Below, in pieces: positions 27,802 through 37,390 of a stretch of 62,000 bases of DNA. Source of the DNA: Hyalangium minutum (lineage in GTDB: Bacteria; Myxococcota; Myxococcia; Myxococcales; Myxococcaceae); contig NZ_JMCB01000006.1 of assembly GCF_000737315.1 (NCBI RefSeq), positions 82,001 to 144,000 on the forward strand. Direction: 5' to 3'. A program made the position numbers and the translations under genes. How positions within the stretch are numbered: the first letter of the stretch is position 1; each line of letters opens with the position of its first letter. The notes beneath the pieces were generated by a model. The model searched no databases and was not told where the DNA came from. It saw only the letters and a program-made list of their open reading frames with translations.

Positions 27802-30672
27802 ATGATTTCGCTTCGTCCCACCCTGCTCGCCCTGACCCTGCTGCTCGTGCCACCCCTGGCGCGGGCCAACAACACCGCAGACGAGGCGGATGTCGCCTTC
27901 GAGCTGGGCAACGAAGCCTATGCCAAGGGCAACTACAACGAGGCCCTCGGCTCCTACTTCGCCAGCTACCGGCTCGTCCCCAACCGCAACGTCCTCTTCA
28001 ACATCGCCCGCTGCTACGAGGCTCAGAACCGCTTCAACGAGGCCTACCGCTACTACAACGACTTGCTCAGCGAGGGCCTGCCGGACGACGACTCCGCCGA
28101 GGTGAAGCGCTCGCTGGAGCGGCTCCGTCCCAAGGTGGCGCTGATCCGCGTGGCCACCTCGCCCGAGGGCGCCGAGGTCTACATCGACCGCACGGACCTG
28201 GGCAGCCGCGGGCGCTCGCCTCAGACGCTGGCCCTGTCGCCGGGCCGCCACAAGGTCATGGTGAAGAAGGAGGGCTACCGTCCCGCCGAGGCCAACGTCG
28301 TGCTCACGCGCGGCCGCTCCGTGACGCAGAGCTTCGAGCTGCCCCTCATCACCGGCACCGTGGAGGTCTCCGGCACCCCCGAGGATGCCGAGGTCCGCAC
28401 CGCCCAGGACGGCCCTGTCGTCGCCACGGTGCCCGGCAAGCTCGTCCTCCCTCCCGGCCAGCACGTGCTCTACGTGCGCGCCCAGGGCCACGCGCCCGCG
28501 CAGCTCGTGGTCGAAGTGCCCGCCGATGGCACCGTGAAGGTGCCCGTGGCGCTCGGCAGCCAGGCCAAGCCCACGGGCCGCCTCGTCGTCACCGCCAACC
28601 GCGATAACGCCGCCGTGCGCGTGGACGGCAAGCCCGTAGGCTTCACCCCCACGGTGCTCACCCTCACCGAGGGAGACCACGTCCTCGAGGTGGAGAGCCT
28701 CGAGGTGCGCCCCCTGCGCCAGACGGTGACGGTGGTGGCGGATCAGGAGATCAAGGTCTTCGCCGAGCTGCGCTACTCCCCGCCTCCCGTGCGCGCCGCC
28801 TCCAAGGGCCTCACCTCCGTGGACGAGGCCCCCGCCTCCACCACCGTGCTCACCCAGGAGGAGCTGCGCGCCTTCGGCTGGCAGACGCTCGCCCAGGCCA
28901 TCGCGGGCGTGCGCGGCTTCTTCCTCTCGGACGACCGCACCTACAACTACATCGGCGTGCGCGGCTTCTCCCCGCCGGGAGACCTCAACACCCGCATCCT
29001 CATCCTCTGGGATGGGCATTCCATGAACGACGTGTGGGCCGGCCAGGGCTACGCGGGGCATGACCTCTCGGTGAATCTGGAGGAGGTGGAGCGCATCGAG
29101 GTGGTCCGCGGCCCGGGCAGCGCGCTCTACGGCACGGGCGCCTTCTTCGCCGTCATCAACGTGGTGCCGCGTGAGTCCCTGGGCGTGCAGAAGCACGTGG
29201 AGGTGACGGGCACGGTGGGAGCGCTGGGGACACTGGGAGTGAACGCCGCGGCGGCCTGGGAGGGCGGCCAGGACCGCTCCGTGCTGGTGTCCGCGGCGCT
29301 GGTGCACGCCACGGGCGCCGAGACGACGCTGCTGGACCCTACCACCCGGGTGGTGGGGCTCGACGGCGAGCGCGCCCTGAGCGGCTCCGTGTACGCGCGC
29401 CTCGGCCACCTCACCCTCATGGGCCGCCTCAACAGCCGCGTGAAGGCCATCCCCACCGGCCCCTTCGGCAGCGCCATTGGCGTGGAGGGCACCCAGTCGT
29501 TGGACACGCGCGGCTTCCTCGAGGCGCGCTATGAGCGGCCCCTGAGCGACACCCTCCAGCTCTCCCTGCGGGGCTCGTTCGACCTGAGCCGCTACCGCGG
29601 CGACCGGGCCTATGAAGTCAACGGCGGAGAGAGCTACAACCTGGAGAGCGAGGGCGGCCGCGCCGACTGGGTCTCCGCCGAAGCGCGCCTGCGCATGGCC
29701 GTGTTCGACGGCAACGCCCTCACCCTGGGCCTGGAGGGCCAGGGCCAGCTCCGGGTGGAGCAGGAGACGTACGGCCTGAACGGCGGCATCCCGCTGCCCA
29801 CCAAGACGCGCACGCTGCTGTCGCTCTACCTGATGGACGAGTGGCGCCTGCACCCGCGGCTGAGCCTGTCCGCGGGCCTGCGCGTGGACAAGTACCTGGA
29901 CCTGGACGCCATTCCCATCACCCCGCGCCTGGCCCTCATCGCCCGGCCCTACACCGCGGGCCTCACCAAGCTCGTCGCCGGCCGCGCCTTCCGCGCCCCC
30001 AACGTCTACGAGCTGTTCTACGAGGACAAGCTGGAGACGCAGCGGCCCGCCGAGGGGCTGGATCCGGAGACCATCACCACCTTCGAGGTGGAGCACTCGC
30101 ACGACCTGACGGACGAGCTGCGCCTCACCGTGGCGGGCTACCACAACCGCATCTCCAACCTGGTGACGCTGGCCACGGACGCACTGCCCCAGCCCCAGTG
30201 CGGCACCCCTACCGAACCCGCGCAGTGCTTCGTGTTCGCCAACAGCGCCACGGAGACGCTCGCGTGGGGCGCGGAGGCCGGCGTGCACTGGCAGCCCGGC
30301 CGCTTCCTGCTGGTGGACCTGAGCTACTCCTACGTCACCCTGCGCCACGTGCTCGACGAGGTCCGCGACGCCAAGCCCGCCCACATCGTCTCGGGCCGGA
30401 TGATGCTGCCGCTGGGCACGGGCGAGGTGCGGCTGGCCACGCAGGCCACCTACCAGAGCGCGCGCAACGGCGACTCGGACGGCACCAAGATTGGCGAGGC
30501 GCTGCTCATCGCGCTGGGCGTCTCGGGCGAGTACTCGCGCTTCCGCTACTTCGCGGGCGTGCAGAACCTGCTGGACGAGCAGTATGTGCTGCCGGTGAAC
30601 TCGGAGACCTCGGCGCGGCCCGTCCCCCAGTACGGCCGCACCTTCACCCTGCAGCTGACGGGCTCCTACTGA
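27802..30672 (+). CDS. TonB-dependent receptor with N-terminal TPR and PEGA domains
   Basis: Signal peptide, TPR segment (FELGNEAY...VLFNIARCYE), three PEGA-like repeats, plug motifs APASTTVLT, IGVRG and VERIEVVRGPGSALYG, and barrel ending GRTFTLQLTGSY. Confidence 0.9.
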   Translation: MISLRPTLLALTLLLVPPLARANNTADEADVAFELGNEAYAKGNYNEALGSYFASYRLVPNRNVLFNIARCYEAQNRFNEAYRYYNDLLSEGLPDDDSAEVKRSLERLRPKVALIRVATSPEGAEVYIDRTDLGSRGRSPQTLALSPGRHKVMVKKEGYRPAEANVVLTRGRSVTQSFELPLITGTVEVSGTPEDAEVRTAQDGPVVATVPGKLVLPPGQHVLYVRAQGHAPAQLVVEVPADGTVKVPVALGSQAKPTGRLVVTANRDNAAVRVDGKPVGFTPTVLTLTEGDHVLEVESLEVRPLRQTVTVVADQEIKVFAELRYSPPPVRAASKGLTSVDEAPASTTVLTQEELRAFGWQTLAQAIAGVRGFFLSDDRTYNYIGVRGFSPPGDLNTRILILWDGHSMNDVWAGQGYAGHDLSVNLEEVERIEVVRGPGSALYGTGAFFAVINVVPRESLGVQKHVEVTGTVGALGTLGVNAAAAWEGGQDRSVLVSAALVHATGAETTLLDPTTRVVGLDGERALSGSVYARLGHLTLMGRLNSRVKAIPTGPFGSAIGVEGTQSLDTRGFLEARYERPLSDTLQLSLRGSFDLSRYRGDRAYEVNGGESYNLESEGGRADWVSAEARLRMAVFDGNALTLGLEGQGQLRVEQETYGLNGGIPLPTKTRTLLSLYLMDEWRLHPRLSLSAGLRVDKYLDLDAIPITPRLALIARPYTAGLTKLVAGRAFRAPNVYELFYEDKLETQRPAEGLDPETITTFEVEHSHDLTDELRLTVAGYHNRISNLVTLATDALPQPQCGTPTEPAQCFVFANSATETLAWGAEAGVHWQPGRFLLVDLSYSYVTLRHVLDEVRDAKPAHIVSGRMMLPLGTGEVRLATQATYQSARNGDSDGTKIGEALLIALGVSGEYSRFRYFAGVQNLLDEQYVLPVNSETSARPVPQYGRTFTLQLTGSY

Positions 30673-31196
30673 TGAGTGTCTGGACAGAAGCGCGCTCGGC
30701 GGCTCGGGAACTGACGGACGCGGCCGTGCGCACGGCGTACCGCGGCGCGTACTCGCTGGCCATGGCGTACTGGTTCGTGCGCCGCCCCTCCACCGGTGGC
30801 GTCTTCGTGGGGGTGTGGCACGGCCGGCGCGTGCTGCTGCTGCAGAACTCCTACAAGCGCCTGTTCAGCATGCCCGGCGGCGGCGCCCACCCGGGCGAGT
30901 CCCACCTGGAGACGGGGCTGCGCGAGCTGCACGAGGAGGTGGGCCTCACCTTGAGCGCCTCCCAGCTCCGCACCGCCCTCGATGTCGTGCACTACGAGGA
31001 GTACAAGCGCGACCACGTCTACTTCCTGGAGGTGGACCTGGACACCGAGCCGGCGCTCACCATCGACCGCCGGGAGGTGGTCTGGGCCGCCTTCCTCGAC
31101 GTGGATGCCGCGCTCCAGCTCCCGGTGGCCTCTCCCATCCGCGACTACCTCACCGAGGCCGCGCGGCGCCGTGCCGCCCCCGCTCCCTCCTCATGA
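30672..31196 (+). CDS. NUDIX hydrolase
   Basis: Nudix box PGGGAHPGESHLETGLRELHEEVGL; ATG overlaps the upstream TGA. Confidence 0.85.
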   Translation: MSVWTEARSAARELTDAAVRTAYRGAYSLAMAYWFVRRPSTGGVFVGVWHGRRVLLLQNSYKRLFSMPGGGAHPGESHLETGLRELHEEVGLTLSASQLRTALDVVHYEEYKRDHVYFLEVDLDTEPALTIDRREVVWAAFLDVDAALQLPVASPIRDYLTEAARRRAAPAPSS

Positions 31197-31669
31197 CTCC
31201 CCCCGAGCTGCTCTTCATCCACCCCGAGCACCCGCTCTACCCGGAGGAGCTGGAGCTGCGCTTCCGCGTGCTGCGCGAGCCGCTGGGCCTGCCCCGCTCC
31301 GCCGTCACCTTCCCCTTCGAGGCCCAGAGCCTCCACCTCGTGGCGCGCCAGGGCAGCGCGGTGGTGGGCTGCGTCCTCTTCCACCCCGAGGACACCCACG
31401 GGGGCCGCCTCTTTCAGATGGCCGTCACCCCCACGCTCCAGGGACAGGGGCTGGGCGCGCGGCTCGTGGTGGCGCTGGAGGAGGAGCTGCGGCGGCGGGG
31501 CTTCACGCACGTGCACCTCCACGCCCGCTCCCAGGTGGTCCCCTTCTACGAGCGGCTCGGCTACGCGGTGTACGGCGAGCCCTTCGAGGAGCGGACCCTC
31601 CCTCACCGCCATATGCGCAAGACACTGGCGTCATCTATCCTTCCGGGCCCAAGGAGCCCGGAGGCATGA
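31193..31669 (+). CDS. GNAT family N-acetyltransferase
   Basis: LRFRVLREPLG, QMAV...QGQGLG acetyl-CoA motif and FYERLGY; ATGA overlap with the upstream gene. Confidence 0.85.
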   Translation: MTPPELLFIHPEHPLYPEELELRFRVLREPLGLPRSAVTFPFEAQSLHLVARQGSAVVGCVLFHPEDTHGGRLFQMAVTPTLQGQGLGARLVVALEEELRRRGFTHVHLHARSQVVPFYERLGYAVYGEPFEERTLPHRHMRKTLASSILPGPRSPEA

Positions 31670-32454
31670 CGGCAACCCCCGCACGGACACAGGCCCAGCG
31701 CGCCCAAGCGTTCTTCGAGCTGCACCAGCGCATCCAGCTCATCGACGATGAGAAGGCCCAGGACGCGCTGCTGGAGCAGCTGAAGCACCCCTCGCGGCCC
31801 TACATCGTCTCGTTCGTCAACGCCCACGCGGCGAACCTGGGCTGGAACACCCCGTCCATGCTGGAGAGCCTGCTGCGCTCGGACCTGCTGCTGCGCGACG
31901 GCATCGGCGTGAAGCTGGGGCTCAAGGCGTTCCGGCGTCCGCCCGGGCTGAACATGAACGGCACGGACTTCATCCCCAGGATTGCTCGGGCCTACAAAGG
32001 ACGCCGCGCCGCGCTGTTCGGGACGCAGTCCCCCTGGCTGGACACAGCGCGTCAGAAGCTGGAGGCCGAGGGCCTGGTGGTGGTGGCGTGCCATGAGGGC
32101 TTCTCGCCGCCAGAGACGTACCTGGAGCTGGCCGAGAAGACGCAGCCAGAGCTCATCATCCTGGCCATGGGCATGCCCAAGCAGGAGGACATCGCCGTGA
32201 AGCTGCGGGAGCGGCTGGCCCACCCAGTGCTCATCGTCAACGGGGGCGCCATCCTGGATTTCCTGGGAGGCAAGGTAACCCGGGCTCCGGAAGCCATGCG
32301 CAACATCGGCATGGAGTGGGTGTATCGCCTCTACTTGGAACCCAAGCGATTGGCCAAGCGCTACCTGTGGGGCATCCCCGTCTTCTTTTCGCACGTAGCA
32401 GTCACGCGCTTGGTCGGTCCCCGGACACCCGAGGGTGAGGGCAGGTCCTCGTGA
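31666..32454 (+). CDS. epsA: WecB/TagA/CpsF family glycosyltransferase (EpsA-like)
   Basis: FVNAH, DGIG, MNGTDF, LAMGMPKQE, GGAILDF...RAP and GMEWVYRL.EPKRL..RY. Lies at the end of the eps-like locus. Confidence 0.85.
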   Translation: MTATPARTQAQRAQAFFELHQRIQLIDDEKAQDALLEQLKHPSRPYIVSFVNAHAANLGWNTPSMLESLLRSDLLLRDGIGVKLGLKAFRRPPGLNMNGTDFIPRIARAYKGRRAALFGTQSPWLDTARQKLEAEGLVVVACHEGFSPPETYLELAEKTQPELIILAMGMPKQEDIAVKLRERLAHPVLIVNGGAILDFLGGKVTRAPEAMRNIGMEWVYRLYLEPKRLAKRYLWGIPVFFSHVAVTRLVGPRTPEGEGRSS

Positions 32455-32500
32455 CCCCCCCTTGTCCCCAAACGGAAAGTGCGCGTTCCTAAGGCTCCCG

Positions 32501-33625
32501 ATGGACACTGTTCGCGCCCACCAGGACTTCCTGCGCACCCGAATCTTCCCCGGACTGGATGGGCTGCGTTGCGTGAGCATCCTGCTGGTGATGGCCCACC
32601 ACGTCTCTGGCCTGCACCACGGCTTCCTGGGCCGAGGCTACCTGGGCGTGTCGCTCTTCTTCGCCATCAGCGGGTTCCTCATCACCTCGCTGCTCTTGCG
32701 TGAGCGGGACGCGCACGGGTTCATCTCCCTGGGGCGCTTCTACGGCCGGCGCTCGCTGCGCATCTTCCCGCTCTACTATGCGGTGCTGAGCGTCTACGTG
32801 GTGCTGGTGCTCCTCTTCGAGAAAGGAGCGCAGGAGAAGGCGGACTTCTTCGCCAACCTTCCGGCCTTCCTCACGTACACCTCCAACTGGTTCGTGCCGC
32901 AGGAGCCGAACACCCGGATCATCTTCTACTTCGCCTGGTCCCTGGCCACCGAAGAGCAGTTCTACCTGCTGTGGCCCGGCGTCATGCGCGTGGCCCACCG
33001 GTGGGGCGCGGTGGCCTTCATGGCGGGGCTGCTCGCCATCTCGCTCTGGGCGCCCTGGGCCGTGGAGACGGGGCGACTGGATGGCACCCTGATGTCGGTG
33101 CGCATCCTCGCCAGCTTCGCCGCGCCCATCTGCATGGGGTGCCTGGCGGCCTATGCCGTGCACTCGCCCGTGGGCTTCGCGTGGGTGTACCGCGTGCTCG
33201 GCTACAAGTGGATGCCTCCCCTGCTGCTGGTGCTCACGCTGGCCGCCGTGGCGACGAACGGCGTGCCCTACGGCCTCACCTCGCTGGTGATGACGGCGCT
33301 GGTGGTGTCCGCCTGCCTGCGGACGGACCACCTGCTGATGCCCGCGCTCACGCTGGCGCCCATCCGCCACATCGGGGTGATCAGCTACGGCGTGTACCTG
33401 CTGCACATGATCTGCCTGAACCTGGTGCGCCGCGCGGTGCCCGGCCAGGGCTTCGCCGTCACCTTCCTGGTGACCCTGGGCGTGACGGTGGTGGCGGCCA
33501 CGCTGAGCTACCGCTACTTCGAGAGCTGGTTCCTGCGCCTCAAGGAGCGCCTGGCCGCCGGCCCTGCCCCGGCGAAGGCTTCCCCGGCGCCTTCGACGGC
33601 TCCAGCATCAAGTCCAATACCGTGA
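32501..33625 (+). CDS. Acyltransferase family 3 (OafA/YrhL-like O-acyltransferase)
   Basis: LDGLR, GVSLFFAISGFLIT, FYGRR.LRIFPLYY, WSLATEEQFYLLWP and ISYGVYLLH. Confidence 0.9.
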   Translation: MDTVRAHQDFLRTRIFPGLDGLRCVSILLVMAHHVSGLHHGFLGRGYLGVSLFFAISGFLITSLLLRERDAHGFISLGRFYGRRSLRIFPLYYAVLSVYVVLVLLFEKGAQEKADFFANLPAFLTYTSNWFVPQEPNTRIIFYFAWSLATEEQFYLLWPGVMRVAHRWGAVAFMAGLLAISLWAPWAVETGRLDGTLMSVRILASFAAPICMGCLAAYAVHSPVGFAWVYRVLGYKWMPPLLLVLTLAAVATNGVPYGLTSLVMTALVVSACLRTDHLLMPALTLAPIRHIGVISYGVYLLHMICLNLVRRAVPGQGFAVTFLVTLGVTVVAATLSYRYFESWFLRLKERLAAGPAPAKASPAPSTAPASSPIP

Positions 33626-36290
33626 TGGAGTAGGGCGGAAGCTTCGCCCCCACCATGCCCGAGCCCATGGAGCTGGCCTGCTGCTCGGCAAAGCCGCTGG
33701 CCTCGCCCACGTAGGTCATCACCCGTGCGGCCTTCACTGCCCCACAGCCCTTGAGCTCCACCCGGGCGTCCCGCGCGGTGTCCGGCTCCACGTTGAGCGC
33801 GATGGCCACCACCCGCCGCCCATCCGCGCTGCGCGAGGCGAACAGTGAAGTGCCCTGCTCCGCCTTCGAGGGCACGTAGACATCCTGGAACCGCCCGCCC
33901 TCGCCGTCGAAGTTCCGGTAGGCCCGGAAGGCCCACCACGCGGGACTGCGCGGCGGCGGATAGGCGAAGTAGAAGGCCGCGGTGACGCCCCCCTCGGCGA
34001 AGCGGCCGAGCGCCTCGGCCTGCGCCAGCCCACCGCTCATGTGCTGCGCGGCGCCGAAGTTGTACTCGCCAATGGCGATGCCCCGGCCCGGGTAGTTCTC
34101 CTCCACCATCTTCTTCAGGCGGGGGATGAGCCGCACCGGCTCGCCGATCCAGGACTCGTCCTTGTAGTTCGCATCCCACAGGGCCCGCGTGGAGCGGATG
34201 CGCAGCGCCGCCGTCTCCGGGTCCGTCTTCTCGCCCTTGTCGGGCGAGACGCCGTCGGCCTGCGGGTAGAAGTGCACGTCCAACACGTCAAGGACGCGGG
34301 TGCCCGTCTTCTTCTCGTGCTCGCGCAGCTTCTTCAGGTACCAGGTCAGCAGGGGCACATTGCCGTGGGCCTTGCGGTCCGCATCCTTGTCCCTCCCCTC
34401 CGCCACGTCCGCCGCCGAGCGGAAGTAGGCCGTCCAGCCCCACTCGGCGGGCCCGGCGATGACAGCCTCCGGGTCCGCCTGCCGCACGGCCGTGCCGTAG
34501 GAGACGGTGCGCTCCATCAGCTCGTCATACGTGGTGGGCTCCGGGTGCACGTCCCGGTGCGTCGAGTTCCACAGCATGGGCTCGTTGTCGAGGAAGTACA
34601 TCTGCACGCTGCGCCCGCGCTCCACGTCCTTCTTGCGCATGGCGCGCACCCACTCGCCGATGAACTCGGGCGGCGCGGGCACGCTGGTGCGCGTGGGCAT
34701 GGGCGGCGCCAGCTCGCGGCCCGAGGACGTCCGGCCATTGCCCGCCTCGGGCACGTCCGGATCCATCTTCTCCTGAGGGCCGAACTTCGACGCCGGGAAG
34801 CTCACGGAGCTCGTGTCCTTGGCCACCCAGCCGATCATCGGCACCGTGAGCGCGGACTGGAGGCCATGCTCCCGGTTCGCCTTGAGGAACTCCTCATAGG
34901 TGAAGTCTGGCCGGTCTCCCGGCGACACGTTGCGGAAGAACCAGTCGTTGGCCGTGTTCCACGCGTTGATCTTCCAGTTGTAGCGGGTGGTGGGGTTGCC
35001 GCCCCAGCGGCGCACCGTGGCCCCCAGCTCGAACTGGTGCGTGCTCCGGCCCTCCTTCAGCGCATCGAAGGCAATGCCGTAGATCTGCGGGCTGATGGAC
35101 TGCCCAGGCCCTGTGCAGTCCACGGACAGGTTCGCCGGACGCGGAGGCCCCACGGCCACGCGCGCCATGCCCGCCGCCGGCATGCCCGTCTCCGCCGCCA
35201 TCATGCTGGTGAAGCCAATGCGATCCAGCTGCACCCACTCGGTGCCCACGCGCTTGTGCGCGCGCATGATGACGCGATCGAACGGGTTTCCCTTCGGGTT
35301 GAGCTCGCCCATGGGCAGGAGCACCTGCACCCAGTCTCCATCCCGGCCCGCCAGGTGCTGGGCACTCACGCGCACGCGGGGGAACACCGCCTTGTCCCCG
35401 TTATCCACCCGCACTTCGAGGAAGTCGCCGTAGTTGGAGGGCGCCTGGTACCGGAACGCCAGCCCACCGAAGCGGCCCTCCAGCGGCTGCTGGCGGCGCA
35501 GCGTCCACCCGCCCAGGTCCGCCATCATCACCTTCGCGGGCGACATGCTCTCCACCTGTCGCTCGCTCCAGCCCTCCGCCGTCCAGCCCGTCTTGAGGCC
35601 ATGGTCGAAGGCCATCTCGAGCAGCTGCATCGAGGCCTCCTGCGGGGCCTCCTCGGACAAGCTGACGCCCGGCAGTGTGAAGCCAATGCGATCCAGCTCC
35701 ACCCACCCCGTGTCCACGCGCTTGTGCGCCCGGACGATGAAGCGGTCGAACGGCTTGCGGTCTGGGTTCAGCTCCGCCATCGGGATGAGGAGCTGCGTCC
35801 ATTCCCCGTCCATCCCCATCATGTGGCGCGAGCTCACCTTCACGCGGGGGAACGTGGCCTCTTCACTGGAGTCCAGCCGCACCTCGAGGAACTCACCGAA
35901 GTCCGAAGGCGCCTTGTACCGGAACGCCAGTCCACCATAGCCGGGCTTGAGCGGGCTCGCGTGCCGCAGCGCCCAGCCTCCGAGCTCGGCCATCTTCACC
36001 TTCGCCGGGCCCTGGCCCTTCACCTCGCGATCGCCCCAGCCGGCGTCCACCCAGCCCGGCTTGAGGCCGCCCTGGTAGACCACCTCGGCCAGCGCCACCG
36101 AGACCCCCGTCTTCGCGGGCGCCATGGAGCCGCCGCTGGGACTCGGGGGCATCACGGCCTGTGTGCCGCCGTTCTCACACGCCGCCAGCAGCAGCACGCA
36201 CGCCGTCAGCAGGGCTTTCAGGTGAGGGCAGCTCTCGCCTCGGCTCCCCGTCAGGGCCGTTGCGCGGCGCCCTCCGGCCGCGTGTCTCAT
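33540..36290 (-). CDS. epsB: Glycoside hydrolase family 44 lipoprotein with two tandem N-terminal accessory modules (EpsB-like)
   Basis: Lipobox LAAC; GH44-type motifs RWGGNPTTRYNW, LDNEP (acid/base), LDVHFYPQ and IGEYNFG (nucleophile). ATG overlaps the upstream stop. Confidence 0.75.
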   Translation of the reverse strand: MRHAAGGRRATALTGSRGESCPHLKALLTACVLLLAACENGGTQAVMPPSPSGGSMAPAKTGVSVALAEVVYQGGLKPGWVDAGWGDREVKGQGPAKVKMAELGGWALRHASPLKPGYGGLAFRYKAPSDFGEFLEVRLDSSEEATFPRVKVSSRHMMGMDGEWTQLLIPMAELNPDRKPFDRFIVRAHKRVDTGWVELDRIGFTLPGVSLSEEAPQEASMQLLEMAFDHGLKTGWTAEGWSERQVESMSPAKVMMADLGGWTLRRQQPLEGRFGGLAFRYQAPSNYGDFLEVRVDNGDKAVFPRVRVSAQHLAGRDGDWVQVLLPMGELNPKGNPFDRVIMRAHKRVGTEWVQLDRIGFTSMMAAETGMPAAGMARVAVGPPRPANLSVDCTGPGQSISPQIYGIAFDALKEGRSTHQFELGATVRRWGGNPTTRYNWKINAWNTANDWFFRNVSPGDRPDFTYEEFLKANREHGLQSALTVPMIGWVAKDTSSVSFPASKFGPQEKMDPDVPEAGNGRTSSGRELAPPMPTRTSVPAPPEFIGEWVRAMRKKDVERGRSVQMYFLDNEPMLWNSTHRDVHPEPTTYDELMERTVSYGTAVRQADPEAVIAGPAEWGWTAYFRSAADVAEGRDKDADRKAHGNVPLLTWYLKKLREHEKKTGTRVLDVLDVHFYPQADGVSPDKGEKTDPETAALRIRSTRALWDANYKDESWIGEPVRLIPRLKKMVEENYPGRGIAIGEYNFGAAQHMSGGLAQAEALGRFAEGGVTAAFYFAYPPPRSPAWWAFRAYRNFDGEGGRFQDVYVPSKAEQGTSLFASRSADGRRVVAIALNVEPDTARDARVELKGCGAVKAARVMTYVGEASGFAEQQASSMGSGMVGAKLPPYSITVLDLMLEPSKAPGKPSPGQGRRPGAP

Positions 36291-37390
36291 GACGCTCCGC
36301 TCGAGTCCTTTCCCGCGCCCTGCTGGGCCAAGAAGCCGCCACTCGCGGCCACCTCCCGATAACGCGAGATGCGCCGGGCCACTTCCCGCCACGAGCCCGC
36401 CTCCGCCCTCGCCCCGCGCAGGTACTCCATCGTGTAGGCCACCGACGTGCTCTTGAAGGCCACTTGGTTGAGCCCCAGCCGGTCTGCCAGCCGCGCCACG
36501 CCCATGAGCGCGTCCGTCACTGGCTTGGTCGGCCCCGGCAGCGCCACCGCCGTGGCCAGCAGCGGCCGAGCCAGCGCGTTCATCTCGAAGAGCATCCGCC
36601 ACGGGTCCACCTGCGGCACGTCCGAGTGCCGCTCGGACAGCCGCGAGTCCATGATGCCGTAGCGGTGCGCCCGCGCGAGCCACTTCTCGAAGCTGGTGTG
36701 GTCGGAGCCGTGCAGCACATACGAGTCGTTGCAGAAGCGCACTTGGCAGCCGGACTTCTCGAGGCGGATGCCCAGCTCGATGTCCTCGGACTGCTTCAGG
36801 TTCGGATCAAACCCGCCCACCGCCACGTAGTCCTCGCGGCGGAACGACACGTTGCCCGTGTAGAGGTTCCACCCGTGGGCGCCCTCCTCGTGCAGCCGCT
36901 TGGCCAGCCGGTCGTGCAGGTACGCGTACCAGCGCTCGAAGAGCGGCATGTCCAAGATGGCCGGATCCGGATCAATGCGGCCCAGCACCACGTTGCGCGA
37001 GCCGGGCGGGTGCTGCTCCAGATGCCGCTGGACGAAGTTCTCGGGCACCTGCATGTCGTCATCCGTGATGATGACCACCTCACCCTGGGCCGCGAGCACG
37101 CCCCGGTGCCGCGCCGCCGCGGCGCCGGCGTTCTTCTGCGTCTCCACGCGCAGCGAGTACGGCAGCTCCTGGGCGAGCTCCGCCAGGGGCCCTGCCGCAG
37201 GCTCCTTGGAGCCGTCATCCACGATGACGACTTCGTAGTCCGTGGGAGGAAGCGTCTGGGTCGCGAGCTGCTTGAGGAGCCGCGGCAGCAGGGTCAGCCG
37301 GTTGTACGTGGCCATGACCACGCTCACCCGAGGCTTTGGCCCTTCAGTCCGCGGCGGAGTCTCCGAGCCCGCCGAGGGCGAATCGCTCAC
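36287..37390 (-). CDS. epsD: Glycosyltransferase family 2 (EpsD-like)
   Basis: VSVVMATYN, IVDDGS, NAGAAAARHRG, ITDDD, GGFD and EDIELG; GTGA overlap with the upstream stop. Confidence 0.85.
   Translation of the reverse strand: MSDSPSAGSETPPRTEGPKPRVSVVMATYNRLTLLPRLLKQLATQTLPPTDYEVVIVDDGSKEPAAGPLAELAQELPYSLRVETQKNAGAAAARHRGVLAAQGEVVIITDDDMQVPENFVQRHLEQHPPGSRNVVLGRIDPDPAILDMPLFERWYAYLHDRLAKRLHEEGAHGWNLYTGNVSFRREDYVAVGGFDPNLKQSEDIELGIRLEKSGCQVRFCNDSYVLHGSDHTSFEKWLARAHRYGIMDSRLSERHSDVPQVDPWRMLFEMNALARPLLATAVALPGPTKPVTDALMGVARLADRLGLNQVAFKSTSVAYTMEYLRGARAEAGSWREVARRISRYREVAASGGFLAQQGAGKDSSGAS

Noticed and set aside
27385-30384. 999-aa minus-strand ORF
   Set aside because: Shadow of the TonB-dependent receptor.
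36291-36683. N-terminal extension of the GH44 ORF in the track
   Set aside because: Overlaps the GT2 gene; the ATGA-coupled start at 36290 followed by a lipoprotein signal is more plausible.
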